Source of the DNA: Candidatus Limnocylindria bacterium
GTDB lineage: Bacteria; Chloroflexota; Limnocylindria; QHBO01
Length of the DNA stretch: 64,000 bases
NCBI GenBank assembly: GCA_038209995.1
Contig: JBBQXD010000006.1
Location: forward strand, 35,042-99,041
Direction of reading: 5' to 3'
The notes beneath the pieces were generated by a model. That model was not told where the DNA came from. It was given only the letters and a program-made list of their open reading frames with translations, and did no database searches. The position numbers and the translations under genes are program-made. This document shows, in pieces, positions 9,327 to 20,903 of this stretch (position 1 is its first letter; every line of letters starts with the position of its first letter).

Positions 9327-9710
9327 ATGGGGAAGCGACAGGGCAAGGCGGCGAGCCGCCGGCAGCGGCAGCGCAGCGCGTCACGGCCGGCCCAGCGACC
9401 CGCGGCACCGACGATGCCCGCCCGCGGTCCCGACGCCCTCGATGCCAGTGAGCCGATGACGCAGACGGTGGCGACCCCCACCGTCCAGGCCGCGCCCTCG
9501 TCGCCGCCGGTCGCAGGTGCACGGCCGACCCGCCGCGGCACGCAGCTCATCGGCGGTGCCTCGCGGCTCACCGAGCAGGCGGCCGCCGAGTATCACTACG
9601 TGACAGCCGACCTGCGGAACATCGGCGTCCTGTTCGTGGTGCTGCTGGCGCTCCTCGCCGTCGCCTTCTTCATGATCGAGGTCCTCGGCATCGGTCGCGT
9701 GGCCACCTGA
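9327..9710 (+). CDS. Small hypothetical protein with a basic N-terminus and a C-terminal transmembrane helix.
   Basis: The gene is divergent from the DUF4446 gene, about 100 bp away. The protein begins with MGKRQGK and ends with the hydrophobic segment IGVLFVVLLALLAVAFFMIEVLGI. It converges on rarA with a 26-bp gap. Confidence 0.4.
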   Translation: MGKRQGKAASRRQRQRSASRPAQRPAAPTMPARGPDALDASEPMTQTVATPTVQAAPSSPPVAGARPTRRGTQLIGGASRLTEQAAAEYHYVTADLRNIGVLFVVLLALLAVAFFMIEVLGIGRVAT

Positions 9711-9735
9711 TCCGCGCCGCGGCGCTGAGGCGGGC

Positions 9736-11125
<1,390 letters not shown>

Positions 11126-11127
<2 letters not shown>

Positions 11128-12298
11128 GGCGCCGATTATGATCCCGCACATGGAACAGAATCTGCGCGTCCCCGGGCCGACCCCCATCCCGATGGAGGTG
11201 CGCGAGGCACAGGCCCGCCCGATGATCGACCACCGCGGCACCGAGTTCGCCGCCATGCAGCGCGCGATCTGCGACGGGATCGGGCCGCTGATCGGCACGC
11301 GGGGCGAGATCCTCCTCCTCACCGGCTCCGGATCCGGGGCGCTCGAGGCGGCGGTCGTGAACACGCTGTCGCCGGGCGATCGGGTGCTGGCCATCACGAT
11401 CGGTTCGTTCGGCGACCGGTTCGCCATGATCGCGGAGGCATTCGGCGCGCAGGTCGAGCGGCTCGCGGTCGAGTGGGGCGCGGCCGCCGACCCGGAGGCG
11501 GTGCGGGATCGTCTCGCGACGGACGATCCGTACCGGGCCGTGCTCGTCACCCACAATGAGACGTCGACCGGGGTCGCGAACCCCCTCCAGGAGATCGCGG
11601 GCGCGGTGCGGGACGCCCCCGGCGACCCGCTGCTCCTCGTCGATGGCATCAGCGGCCTCGGCGCCATGCCGTTTGAGATGGACGCCTGGGGCATCGACCT
11701 CGTGGTGAGCGCCAGCCAGAAGGCCTGGATGGCATCGCCCGGGATCGCGATCGCGGCCCTGTCCGAGCGCGCCGTCGCCGCCGGCGCAACCGCCCGCATC
11801 CCGCGCTTCTACTGGGACTTCGCCGAGGCCCGCACGTGGGCCGCGAAGGGGCAGACGCCGTGGACACCGGCGGTGAGCGTCCTGTGCGGCCTCGAGATCG
11901 GCGTGCGGCGCCTGACCGAGGAGGGTCGCGAACGGACCTGGGCGCGGCACGCCGCGGTCGCGGCCGGGGTGCAGGCCGGGCTCGAGGGGCTCGGCTTCGC
12001 GCTCGTGGCGGCGCCCGAGCATCGGTCGCAGACGGTCACGGCGGCCTGGCTCCGCAATGGGCTCGACTGGGGGCCGTTCAATGCCGCGCTGCGCGAGCGG
12101 GAGCTCATCGTCGCCGGCGGCCAGGGGAAGTGGGCCGGCAAGATCCTCCGCTTCGGCCACATGGGCGAGGTCGGCTACGACGAGATGGCGGCCGCCTTCG
12201 CGGTGATGGGCGAGGTCCTTGGCGCGGACGGCTCCGCAGCCGCCAATGCCGGTCGCGCCGCGTACGACGCGAGCCTCGGCGCCCCCGCGGCGCGGTGA
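11126..12298 (+). CDS. Class V pyridoxal-phosphate-dependent aminotransferase (serine-glyoxylate/alanine-glyoxylate type or similar).
   Basis: The protein starts MAPIMIPHMEQNLRVPGPTPIP, and SASQKAWM contains the likely PLP-binding lysine. The start may instead be the ATG at 11150 (MEQNL...). The ATG at 11126 shares the CATG palindrome with the rarA start. Confidence 0.75.
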
Positions 12299-12960
12299 GC
12301 GAGCGGCGCCTGCTCCTCGTTCGGCACGGCGTCACCGCCTGGAACCGCGAGGGGCGGTTCCAGGGACACCTCGATCCCGAGCTCGACGCAGAAGGGCGGA
12401 GCGAGGCGCAGCTCCTGGCCACCCGGCTCGCGGGCTGGGACCCGAACGCGCGACCGACGCGCATCGTGGCGTCGACCCTGGCCCGCGCCAGGGCCACCGC
12501 CGAGATCATCGCGGCGGCGCTCGACCTCGAGGTCGAGGCGGATCCGCGCCTCGTGGAGGTCGGGCAGGGCGAGTGGGAGGGCCGCTCCCACGACGAGCTC
12601 GAGCGTGACGACGCCACGCGGTACGCCGCCTGGCGCGCGATCGGGGAGGCCCGACCACCGGGTGCCGAGGACCTCGGCGCCGTGGCGGCTCGCGTCCTCG
12701 CGGCCGTGGCGTCGGCCATCGACGGTGCCGACCAGGTGGTGTGCGTGGTGACCCACGGCGGCGTGCTCCGCGTCCTTGCGACGTCGCTCCTCGCGCTGGG
12801 CGCGCGCGGCTTCGACCTCGACGCCGACAATGCCTCGCTCTCGATCCTCCGCGTCGAGGACGGGGCGTGGAGCCTCGAGCGGTGGAACGACGTCCACCAC
12901 CTGCTCGGCTCGGTGGCGACGCATGTCGACGAGCGCGACGGACGCCCGCTCGCGCTCTAG
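12295..12960 (+). CDS. Histidine phosphatase family protein (phosphoglycerate mutase-like).
   Basis: The GTG start overlaps the aminotransferase stop in a GTGA arrangement. The RHG catalytic motif is present (LLLVRHGVTAWNREGRFQG), and TRIVASTL is typical of branch 1 histidine phosphatases. Confidence 0.75.
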   Translation: MSERRLLLVRHGVTAWNREGRFQGHLDPELDAEGRSEAQLLATRLAGWDPNARPTRIVASTLARARATAEIIAAALDLEVEADPRLVEVGQGEWEGRSHDELERDDATRYAAWRAIGEARPPGAEDLGAVAARVLAAVASAIDGADQVVCVVTHGGVLRVLATSLLALGARGFDLDADNASLSILRVEDGAWSLERWNDVHHLLGSVATHVDERDGRPLAL

Positions 12961-15254
12961 CGGCGGGGCTTCGGGAGGACCGCGCTGATGCGCCGCCTGA
13001 CGGCGAGCCAGACGAGCGGGGCGCGCAGCCGCTGCCACGCGGCTTCGACACGCTCGATCATCGTCGAGTTCAGCGCCCGTCCCGAATAGGCCTGCCACAC
13101 CTTGCCGTCCGCGATGGTGTGGATCTCGACGCGGCGTGCCGGCAGCTGGTCCTCCAGCCAACCGGCGTACTCGTAGATGGTCTCGGCCGGGCTCTGGCTC
13201 ACGCCGGCGCGATCCCCGGCCCAGGCGAGCCGCATCCATTGCTGGTCGCCGGGCGTGAGGAAGCGCACGGAGCGGCGCCGGCGGCGCATTCGCGTCCAGA
13301 CAAGGACGAGCGCCGCGAGCGCGATGACGCCGATGACGAGCAGGTTGCCGCCGCGCGCGCCGTCATCGGTCGGCACCGCGTTGCCACGCGCGTCGACGAT
13401 CCGGCCGCCGGAGATCGGCTGGAACGAGCTGAACGAGTTCACCTCGCCGGTCCCGGCGTCGATCCGTTTGAACTCGTCGCGACCGACCGGGAAGTTGCCC
13501 GGCTGCGAGGTCGTGCCCTCGCCGACCGCCCGCAGCACCGCGTCGATCGACTTGGTGGCCTCGAAGGTCTGCCATCCGTAGCCGGGGAAGTAGAGCTCGG
13601 CCCAGGCATGGGCGTTCCCATTCCGGTACTGGTAGACGCCCTTCTCGACGACCTCGCCCGGCGCGTAGCCAACCGCCATCCGGGCCGGGATCCCGATCGA
13701 GCGGGCCATGAGCACCATCGCGCTCGCGTAGTACTCGCAGTAGCCGATGCGCTTGTTGGGGCCGAAGAGGAACTGGTCGACCAGGTCACGGTTCGGGTCA
13801 GGCGGTGTGACGGACGTCGAGTAACGGAATGAGGCATCGGTCCGCAGGTAGTCGGCGATCGCCTTGGCCCGATGGTACGGATCGGACGCTCCCGCGCCCG
13901 CCAGCTGGTTCGCGAGGGCCGCGACCGCGGTCGTCAGCCCCGGTGTCGCAAGGTAGGTCGCGCTGATCTCGGGAGGGTAATCGGTCCCCGCCGTCACGAG
14001 CTGGGCCTCGGTCACGGCGCTGATGAGGGCCGTGACCTGGTAGGCCTGCCCGGGCTGGATCGCGTTTGCGGAATCGATCCCGCCGAGCACGGGCTGGCCG
14101 CTGCTCTCGTGAATGACGACCGGGGCGTAGATGACGGTCGGGTAGCCCGGCACGAAGATGTTGCGGCCGACGTCGCCCTGCAGCTGGACGGTGATCGTCT
14201 CGCGCTTGAATCCTTCTTCGGCGAGCGGCCGCTCAGGGGTGTAGCCGCTGAAGATCCGGTCCCCCGCCTGGACCGTACGCTCCTGCCCGTCGCTCCGCTG
14301 CCAGCCGTGGCCGGTGTAGAGGTCGTAGGTCACGGTGCGCATGTAGTACGCGCCCTTCGCGGCGACGGTCATGATCGGTGTGTCGTCGCTGACCCAGTCA
14401 CCACGCACCGTGAAGCCCGCGCCGAAGTCCGTGCCGGCGATGCGCGAGTCCGGGTTGGTGAGCGACCCGAAGACCCCATCGAGCCGATCGCGGACGCCGT
14501 TCCAGACCACGTCCAGGTTACGCCAGGCGGACGTCAGCGGCGCGGCGACGGCCACCGTGGTGAGGATCCAGGCGAGCGCGATCGAGCCGGCGATGAACGT
14601 CAGCCCCGACCGCATGATCGAGATCGGGACCTCGACGTTCTCGTTCACGCGGCGCACCTGCCACCCCTCCTCGCGGGTGATGAGCGCTGCGCGCAGCCAG
14701 AGGAGCAGCGCGACCACGCAGAAGAGGATGAGGTAGCCGAACAGATCGGTGAGGGTTGCCGACAGGTTCGTGATCAGCGCGGCTCCGACGAGCACGATCG
14801 CATCGAGCACGCGGTGATGGCGGTAGAGGGTGTAGGCCGCCATGAACGCGACCGACCAGAGGATGACGCCGAGACCGATGGCGTACGGGGTCATCTCCGG
14901 CGCGAATCCGCCCTGGCTGACGACCTTCGTCCAGCGCAGGGCCTCGTCGCGCACCGCGAATAGCCGCCCCAGCTGGCTCAGCGCGGGGAAGTACTCGCCG
15001 CCGACGGCCCACAGGATGACCCCGGCGCCGAGCAGCGCGCCGAGCGGGAGCGTCGCGAGGACCGAGAGCGGCAGCAATGCCAGGAGCGCGCCGGCAAGCA
15101 TTCCCCACAGCGCCACCGGGACAAAGAAGTCGGTCTTCTCGATCCAGTGTGCCGATTGCACCGACCATCCGACGCTGAGGAGCATGACGAACAGGAGGAA
15201 GAGGCTCAGCCAGCCCTCACGCGGCCGCACGACGCGGTGGATCCACTCAGGCAC
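12957..15254 (-). CDS. Transglutaminase-like membrane protein (the DUF3488/TgpA type).
   Basis: Multiple N-terminal transmembrane helices are followed by the transglutaminase core GYCEYYASAMVLMARSIGIPARMAVGY and a C-terminal transmembrane helix. I chose the GTG start at 15254, which overlaps the DUF58 stop by 8 nt. The 837-aa track ORF extends about 220 nt into the upstream gene. Confidence 0.75.
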   Translation of the reverse strand: MPEWIHRVVRPREGWLSLFLLFVMLLSVGWSVQSAHWIEKTDFFVPVALWGMLAGALLALLPLSVLATLPLGALLGAGVILWAVGGEYFPALSQLGRLFAVRDEALRWTKVVSQGGFAPEMTPYAIGLGVILWSVAFMAAYTLYRHHRVLDAIVLVGAALITNLSATLTDLFGYLILFCVVALLLWLRAALITREEGWQVRRVNENVEVPISIMRSGLTFIAGSIALAWILTTVAVAAPLTSAWRNLDVVWNGVRDRLDGVFGSLTNPDSRIAGTDFGAGFTVRGDWVSDDTPIMTVAAKGAYYMRTVTYDLYTGHGWQRSDGQERTVQAGDRIFSGYTPERPLAEEGFKRETITVQLQGDVGRNIFVPGYPTVIYAPVVIHESSGQPVLGGIDSANAIQPGQAYQVTALISAVTEAQLVTAGTDYPPEISATYLATPGLTTAVAALANQLAGAGASDPYHRAKAIADYLRTDASFRYSTSVTPPDPNRDLVDQFLFGPNKRIGYCEYYASAMVLMARSIGIPARMAVGYAPGEVVEKGVYQYRNGNAHAWAELYFPGYGWQTFEATKSIDAVLRAVGEGTTSQPGNFPVGRDEFKRIDAGTGEVNSFSSFQPISGGRIVDARGNAVPTDDGARGGNLLVIGVIALAALVLVWTRMRRRRRSVRFLTPGDQQWMRLAWAGDRAGVSQSPAETIYEYAGWLEDQLPARRVEIHTIADGKVWQAYSGRALNSTMIERVEAAWQRLRAPLVWLAVRRRISAVLPKPRR

Positions 15255-16476
15255 GGGCGCGCTCCCGGTCACCGAGCACGTCGGCGAGCTCGTCCCCGCT
15301 CCGGACGAGGCGGTGGCCGATGTCGTACTCGGCGAGCGCGTGGCGAATGGCGGCAAGCTCCGCTCGGCTCTCGGCGTCGTCGCGGCCGACGAAGCTCGCC
15401 CGATCGAGAAGCACCACGAGCACGCCGACCCCGCGACGGCGCAGGACGGTGAGCGCGCGCACCCAGTCACGGTCCGTCGACCCGGTGACGATGCAGAGCG
15501 TCATGCCGCGCCGCAGCTGCGGCATCGTGGACAGGACGATCTGGGCGAGGGGATGCGTGCCATCGGCCTGCACGTTGGCGAGCAGGTGGAGGATCTTCTG
15601 CTCGACTCGCTGGCCGCGATCGGGGGTCAGGACGTGGACGCGCCGTGCCGACGCCGTGATGCCCACCGCGCGGTGGATGGAGAGCGTCTGCACGGCGATC
15701 GAGGCCGCGGCGCTGACCGCCGTCTCGACCGATGCGGACTCGCCGAGCCCCGCGTGCGCGGCGCGCTCGAGGTCGAGCAGCAGCCACAGGTCGGCGGTCT
15801 GCTCAACGTCGAACTCCTTCACCTGCAGCTCGCCGTGACGCACGCTCGAGAGCCAGTGGATGCGGTTGATCGCATCGCCGTGGTTGTACGGGCGGATGCC
15901 GGTGATGAGCGGTGATTCCGCCTCGAATCGGCGACGGGCGGGCGTCGTGCCGTCCACCGGCGAGGTCGGGAGCCGCCAATTCGGCAACGGAATGACCCTC
16001 GGGAAGACCACGACGTTGCTCGGCTGGCCGACGACCATCTCGGTGGTGAAGAGGCCGAACGGGTCGCCGGTGCGCACCTTGAGCGCCCCGAGCCGGAACG
16101 ACCCGCGGCGCAGGAGGGTGACCTTGGCGAGCCACTGGCGGCTGCTCTCCGGCTGCACGCCGATCACGCGGCCCGGCAGGCCGGCCGGCAGGTTCGACTC
16201 GTTCCAGAGCTCGACCCAGGGCTTGGCCCATCGCGTCTGATTGTCGACGCGGTACATCGCCCGGAGCACCTCTCCGACCTGCGCGCGTGGATTGAGCACG
16301 TGATAGCCCGCCTTCACCCCGCGGAGCCCCTGGCGCGTGTAGAACCACGAGCCAACGAGCAGCGCCGCAAGGAGGTAGACGAGAAAGAAGAGGAAATTGA
16401 TCCCGGTGCTGAACGCGGCAACGACGAGCACCGTCCCGAGGAAGACGAAACGGAGCTGCCGTCCGACGGTGCCCAT
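15247..16476 (-). CDS. DUF58 domain protein (vWA-like), partner of the MoxR ATPase.
   Basis: Two N-terminal transmembrane helices are followed by the DUF58 core ...PYNHGDAINRIHWLSS.... The gene is 22 nt downstream of moxR. Confidence 0.8.
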   Translation of the reverse strand: MGTVGRQLRFVFLGTVLVVAAFSTGINFLFFLVYLLAALLVGSWFYTRQGLRGVKAGYHVLNPRAQVGEVLRAMYRVDNQTRWAKPWVELWNESNLPAGLPGRVIGVQPESSRQWLAKVTLLRRGSFRLGALKVRTGDPFGLFTTEMVVGQPSNVVVFPRVIPLPNWRLPTSPVDGTTPARRRFEAESPLITGIRPYNHGDAINRIHWLSSVRHGELQVKEFDVEQTADLWLLLDLERAAHAGLGESASVETAVSAAASIAVQTLSIHRAVGITASARRVHVLTPDRGQRVEQKILHLLANVQADGTHPLAQIVLSTMPQLRRGMTLCIVTGSTDRDWVRALTVLRRRGVGVLVVLLDRASFVGRDDAESRAELAAIRHALAEYDIGHRLVRSGDELADVLGDRERARA

Positions 16477-16497
16477 GAGGCGAGGTGTTGCCGGCCG

Positions 16498-17511
16498 CTA
16501 GGCGGTCGCCCCCGACGGCTCGCCGATCGGCACTTGGGCGAGCACCTCCCGGACGATCGCATCGGGGTCGACGTCGCGCAGGCTCGCTTGGCTCTTCACG
16601 ATCAGGCGATGGGCGAGGATCGGCACTGCGAGGCCCTTCACGTCATCGGGAATCGCGTAGTCGCGCCCTTCGAGGGCGGCGACGGCCTGCGCTGCCCGAT
16701 AGAGGTTGATGCTGCCGCGCGGCGACGCACCGAGGTACACATCCGGGTGCTCGCGGGTCGCGGTCGTGAGCCGCACGATGTACTCGGCGACGCCCTGGTC
16801 GACGTGGACCTCCTTGACCGCGGACTGCATCTGCCGCAGCTCCTCTGCCTCGAGGACCTGGCGGATCTCCTCGATGGGGTGCGTCCGCTTCTGCTCGTCG
16901 AGGATGATGATCTCCTCGACCGCCTTCGGGTAGCCGATGCGGAGGCGGAGCATGAACCGATCGAGCTGCGCCTCCGGCAGCGCGAACGTGCCCTCGTACT
17001 CGATCGGGTTCTGAGTGGCCATGACGAGGAACGGGCGCTGCATGGGGTAGGTCACGCCGTCGATCGTCGCCTGCCTCTCCTCCATGCTCTCCAGGAGCGC
17101 CGACTGGGTCTTCGGGGTCGCGCGGTTGATCTCGTCAGCGAGGACCACCTGCGCGAAGATCGGGCCGGGCCGGAACTCGAACTCCTGTGTCTTCTGGTTG
17201 AAGATCGAGAGGCCGGTCACGTCGGATGGCAGCAGGTCAGGCGTGAACTGGATACGCCGGAACGTGGTGCCGATGGACTTCGAGAGCGCCTTGGCGAGCA
17301 TCGTCTTGCCGACGCCCGGGACGTCCTCGATGAGGATATGCCCCTCGCAGAGGAGCGCCACCATCGCCAGCCGCACCTCCGCGTGCTTGCCGACGATCAC
17401 CCGCTCGACGTTCGCGACGATCCGTTCGGCGGGATCCTTGACGTTCTTCACATTCAATGTCCTTCGTCTGCTCGGGCGACGTCCGGCATCGCCTCCCCTT
17501 GTGCCAGACAA
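16498..17511 (-). CDS. MoxR-family AAA+ ATPase.
   Basis: The sequence [32 protein letters not shown] is characteristic of MoxR. The true start may be the TTG/GTG about 55 nt inside the ORF (MNVKNVKDP...). Confidence 0.85.
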   Translation of the reverse strand: MSGTRGGDAGRRPSRRRTLNVKNVKDPAERIVANVERVIVGKHAEVRLAMVALLCEGHILIEDVPGVGKTMLAKALSKSIGTTFRRIQFTPDLLPSDVTGLSIFNQKTQEFEFRPGPIFAQVVLADEINRATPKTQSALLESMEERQATIDGVTYPMQRPFLVMATQNPIEYEGTFALPEAQLDRFMLRLRIGYPKAVEEIIILDEQKRTHPIEEIRQVLEAEELRQMQSAVKEVHVDQGVAEYIVRLTTATREHPDVYLGASPRGSINLYRAAQAVAALEGRDYAIPDDVKGLAVPILAHRLIVKSQASLRDVDPDAIVREVLAQVPIGEPSGATA

Positions 17512-17560
17512 TACCCCACAGCGTTACGGACCGGTTCATCGCCTGCCTGGAGGAGCGCGG

Positions 17561-19108
17561 TCAGCCGCCCCCGGCGAGCCTCAGCCACTCCGCCATGACG
17601 GCGCCACCGATCGGTGCGGCGCGGCCGGCTCCCGAGCCGCCGCCCTCGATGAGCACCGCCACCGCGATCGACGGCTGCGCGTCGCCCTGCGCCGGCGCGA
17701 AGCCGATGAACCACGAGTGCGGGGCCTGGCCCTCGCCGCGCTGCGCAGTGCCGGTCTTGCCGGCAGTGTGGACGTCGCTGCCGGTCCCGTACAGCTGCAC
17801 CGACCCCTGGCCGGCGTAGAGCCGCCCCAGCTCCCCCTCGACCGCGTCGACCATTGCGCTCCGCGTCACTCGCGCCGCGTCGACCGAGATGACGCGGCTG
17901 CCGTCGCCGCTTGGGCTCTCCTCGAGCACCGCGGACGACGGGCCGCCGGCTGCATCGGCGGCATGGACCCGGACGTCGCGGACGGCGTGCAGGGCGGGCA
18001 TCACGCCGTCGTTCGCGATCGTCGCGGCGATGAGCGCCATCTGGATCGGCGTCACGCTCACCCGCGCCTGGCCGAACGAGGCGCTGGCGAGCTCCACGTC
18101 GTCGGTGAACGGGCCGCAGTCGCCATCGGTCTCCGCCGTCACATAGCTCGCCGAGACGGGAAGCGCGCGCGCGCCGGAGCCGATGGAACCCCCCGCGCAG
18201 AAGCCGAACCGGTGCGCGTACTCGAGGAAGCGCTGAGCGCCGAGCTCGAGGCCCACGTGGGCGAAGAAGATGTTGCTCGACACCTGCAGCGCAGGCGAGA
18301 GCGACCACAGAGCCGGGGTCACCGGCCTCAGGTCATGCTCGCGGATCGTGAAGCCGTTGACGACGAAGCCATCGGTCTCCTGCTGCGGCTGGTCGGGGAA
18401 CGTCGTGTGCGCTGTGATCGCGCCGGCGTCGAGCGCCGCAGCAGCGGTGAGGACCTTCATGATCGAGCCCGGGACGTAGCGGCCCTGGCGCGCCCGGTCG
18501 ACGAGCGGATTCCCCGGCCTGCCGGTGATCCGCGCCATGGCCGGCCCGGCGGGATCGGGGAGCTCGGAGATCGGCGTGGCGTCGAAGGTCGGGATCGAGG
18601 TCATCGCCAGGATCGCCCCGGTGCGCGGGTCGATCGCCACCACCGCGCCGATGGCGTCGCCGAGCTGGGCCGCCGCGAAGTCCTGGAGGCGCTTGTCGAT
18701 GGTGAGCGTGAGGTCCTTCGGCTCGGGCCGCCGGTTGAGGATGTCGTTCATCAGGTCACGGAGCGGGTTGGGGTCAGCTCGCCCGGTGAGGATGTCGTCA
18801 TAGGCGCGCTCGACGCCCGTCGTCCCGAACCGTAGGCTCGCGTAGCCGATGAGGTGGCTGAACGCCGCGTCGGTGTACGTGCGGCGGCTCACGCCATCGA
18901 TGACGGCGCTCGACGCGAGCAGCGCGCCTTTGGCGTCGAAGATCGTGCCGCGCATCGCGCTGCGGCGTGCCGCGATGACCTGGGGGTTCTCGGCGCGCGC
19001 GTTCAGCGCCGGCGCGTCGAGGATCTGCCACCAGCCGAGGCCGCCGCTCACCACCACGAAGGCGAGCAGCAGGTAGACCGCCAGGCGGCGGACGTTCGTC
19101 GCGATCAT
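17561..19108 (-). CDS. pbpA: Class B penicillin-binding protein (transpeptidase, PbpA-type).
   Basis: The SxxK (SIMKV), SSN and KTGT motifs are present, along with an N-terminal membrane anchor. The gene sits in the conserved order with rodA. Confidence 0.85.
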   Translation of the reverse strand: MIATNVRRLAVYLLLAFVVVSGGLGWWQILDAPALNARAENPQVIAARRSAMRGTIFDAKGALLASSAVIDGVSRRTYTDAAFSHLIGYASLRFGTTGVERAYDDILTGRADPNPLRDLMNDILNRRPEPKDLTLTIDKRLQDFAAAQLGDAIGAVVAIDPRTGAILAMTSIPTFDATPISELPDPAGPAMARITGRPGNPLVDRARQGRYVPGSIMKVLTAAAALDAGAITAHTTFPDQPQQETDGFVVNGFTIREHDLRPVTPALWSLSPALQVSSNIFFAHVGLELGAQRFLEYAHRFGFCAGGSIGSGARALPVSASYVTAETDGDCGPFTDDVELASASFGQARVSVTPIQMALIAATIANDGVMPALHAVRDVRVHAADAAGGPSSAVLEESPSGDGSRVISVDAARVTRSAMVDAVEGELGRLYAGQGSVQLYGTGSDVHTAGKTGTAQRGEGQAPHSWFIGFAPAQGDAQPSIAVAVLIEGGGSGAGRAAPIGGAVMAEWLRLAGGG

Positions 19109-19115
19109 GGCGCCC

Positions 19116-20453
19116 TCATCGGTCCTTGAGGCCCTGCTCGCGATCGACGGCCCGCGCGGTGCGGTGCGAGACGTTGAGCAGCAGGCCGACCATCACGAAG
19201 CTGGCGAGGACGCTCGAGCCACCGTAGCTGACGAACGGCAGCGTAATCCCGGTCAGGGGCACGAGCTTGAGGTTGCCGGCCACGATGATCAGGGTCTGCA
19301 GCGCGAGGCTCGCGGTCAGCCCCACCGCCAGGAGGGCGCTGAACTCGTCGCGCGCCAGCATCGCGATCCGCAGGCCGCGGAAGACGAACGCCAGGAATAG
19401 CGCCAGCAGCGCAAAGGCGCCGACGAGGCCCAGCTCCTCGGCGACGGCCGCGAAGATGAAGTCGGTGTGGACGTACGGGATCGACTGCGGCAGACCTTGG
19501 CCCAGCCCTTCGCCGAAGAGCCCGCCACGCGCCAGCGCGAACAGGCCGCGCACGGGCTGAAAGCCCTTGTTCGTCGGGTCGGCGAAGGGGTCGATCCAGA
19601 TGTCGACCCGCGCGGCGACGTGCGGGAACAGCTTGTACGCGGCGAACGAGCCGGCGACGAACAGGAGCAGGCCGATGAGGACGTAGCTGCGCCGCCCGGT
19701 GGCAACGAAGAGCATCGTCAGGAAGATGCCGAACAGGAGGAGCGCCTGGCCGAGGTCGTTCTGGCGGACGGCGATGAGCATCACCAGCCCGAACAGGGCG
19801 AGCATCGGGAGCAGGTACGGGAGGGGCGGGACGCGAATGGGGCCGATGCGCAGGCTGGCGCCGGTGAGCAGTGCCCGGTTGTCGGCGAGGTAGCCGGCGA
19901 TGAAGACGACGAGGATGATCTTGATGAACTCGCCGGGCTGGATCGCGATCGGCCCGAGGTCGAGCCACAGGCGCGCGCCGTTGACCTCGTAGCCGAGGAA
20001 GGCGGTCAGCACCAGGAGGCCGATGCCCACCGCGGCCCAGGTGTACTTGTAGTGGCGCAGCAGGCCGTCGTCGCGGAGGCCGATCGCGACGGCGAGCATG
20101 GCGACGAGGCCCACCGCGAACCAGGCCAGCTGGGTGGCGGCCACGTCGAGCTGCAGCCCGAAGGCCTGCGTCGGCTCGACGTCGGGCGCCAGGCGGTTGA
20201 GGATGACGAGGCCGGCCCCCCCGATGGTACCGACGAGCGGCAGCAGGAGCTGGTCGCCGCGATGCCCGGACAGCACGAGGATCGCGTGCGCGACCAGCAT
20301 GAGCGCGACGTAGCCGAACGCGAGCGTCAGCGGGCCGGGCTCGAGCACTCCGGCCTCGGCGACGTGGGTGACGACGAAGCCGAGCGGGACGAGGAGAAGG
20401 AGCGGCAGCAGCATCCGCAGCTCCGTCCACCGCCAGGCGAGGGTCAGACGCAT
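19116..20453 (-). CDS. rodA: SEDS-family glycosyltransferase (FtsW/RodA/SpoVE family); RodA is inferred from the pbpA/fhaAB context.
   Basis: The 445-aa protein is polytopic and shows the conserved SEDS stretches (e.g. PYVHTDFIFAAVAEELGLVGA, PFVSYGGSS). Confidence 0.85.
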   Translation of the reverse strand: MRLTLAWRWTELRMLLPLLLLVPLGFVVTHVAEAGVLEPGPLTLAFGYVALMLVAHAILVLSGHRGDQLLLPLVGTIGGAGLVILNRLAPDVEPTQAFGLQLDVAATQLAWFAVGLVAMLAVAIGLRDDGLLRHYKYTWAAVGIGLLVLTAFLGYEVNGARLWLDLGPIAIQPGEFIKIILVVFIAGYLADNRALLTGASLRIGPIRVPPLPYLLPMLALFGLVMLIAVRQNDLGQALLLFGIFLTMLFVATGRRSYVLIGLLLFVAGSFAAYKLFPHVAARVDIWIDPFADPTNKGFQPVRGLFALARGGLFGEGLGQGLPQSIPYVHTDFIFAAVAEELGLVGAFALLALFLAFVFRGLRIAMLARDEFSALLAVGLTASLALQTLIIVAGNLKLVPLTGITLPFVSYGGSSVLASFVMVGLLLNVSHRTARAVDREQGLKDR

Positions 20454-20459
20454 CGGTCC

Positions 20460-20903
20460 CTAGCGCTCGAGCCGCATGCGAACCCGCCCGATCATCAGCT
20501 CGTCGCCGAAGCTGAGAGCCACCGGGCGGTCGATGCGATGTCCGTTGACGTAGGTGCCGTTCGTGCTCCCCTGGTCCTCGATGAACCAGCTCCGTCCGCG
20601 GAACGTGAGCATCGCGTGGTTGGCGCTGGCGAAGTCGTCCTCGACGTAGATCGTGTTGTTCACGTTGCGACCGAGCGAGTTGATCGGGCCGAGCGCGATC
20701 GTCGTGCCGGCCGGCGGCTCATCGTCCGGCGACTCCAGCACCGACAGGCGGCCGATGCCCACCCGGCTCGCGAGCTGCTGCGCCTCGGCGCTGCGCAGGT
20801 CCCGCAGCAGCGAGCGCGCGAAGCCGAACAGGATCAGGTAGAGGACCGCGACGAACCCGAGCTGCAGGCCGAGCAGCAGGACCCGGAGCAGGTCACCGCT
20901 CAT
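20460..20903 (-). CDS. fhaB: Membrane-anchored FHA-domain protein (FhaB/FipA-like).
   Basis: An N-terminal transmembrane helix is followed by a C-terminal FHA domain (GR..NNTIYVEDDFASANHAMLTF...STNGTYVNG). The start overlaps the fhaA stop in an ATGA arrangement (20900-20903). Confidence 0.75.
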   Translation of the reverse strand: MSGDLLRVLLLGLQLGFVAVLYLILFGFARSLLRDLRSAEAQQLASRVGIGRLSVLESPDDEPPAGTTIALGPINSLGRNVNNTIYVEDDFASANHAMLTFRGRSWFIEDQGSTNGTYVNGHRIDRPVALSFGDELMIGRVRMRLER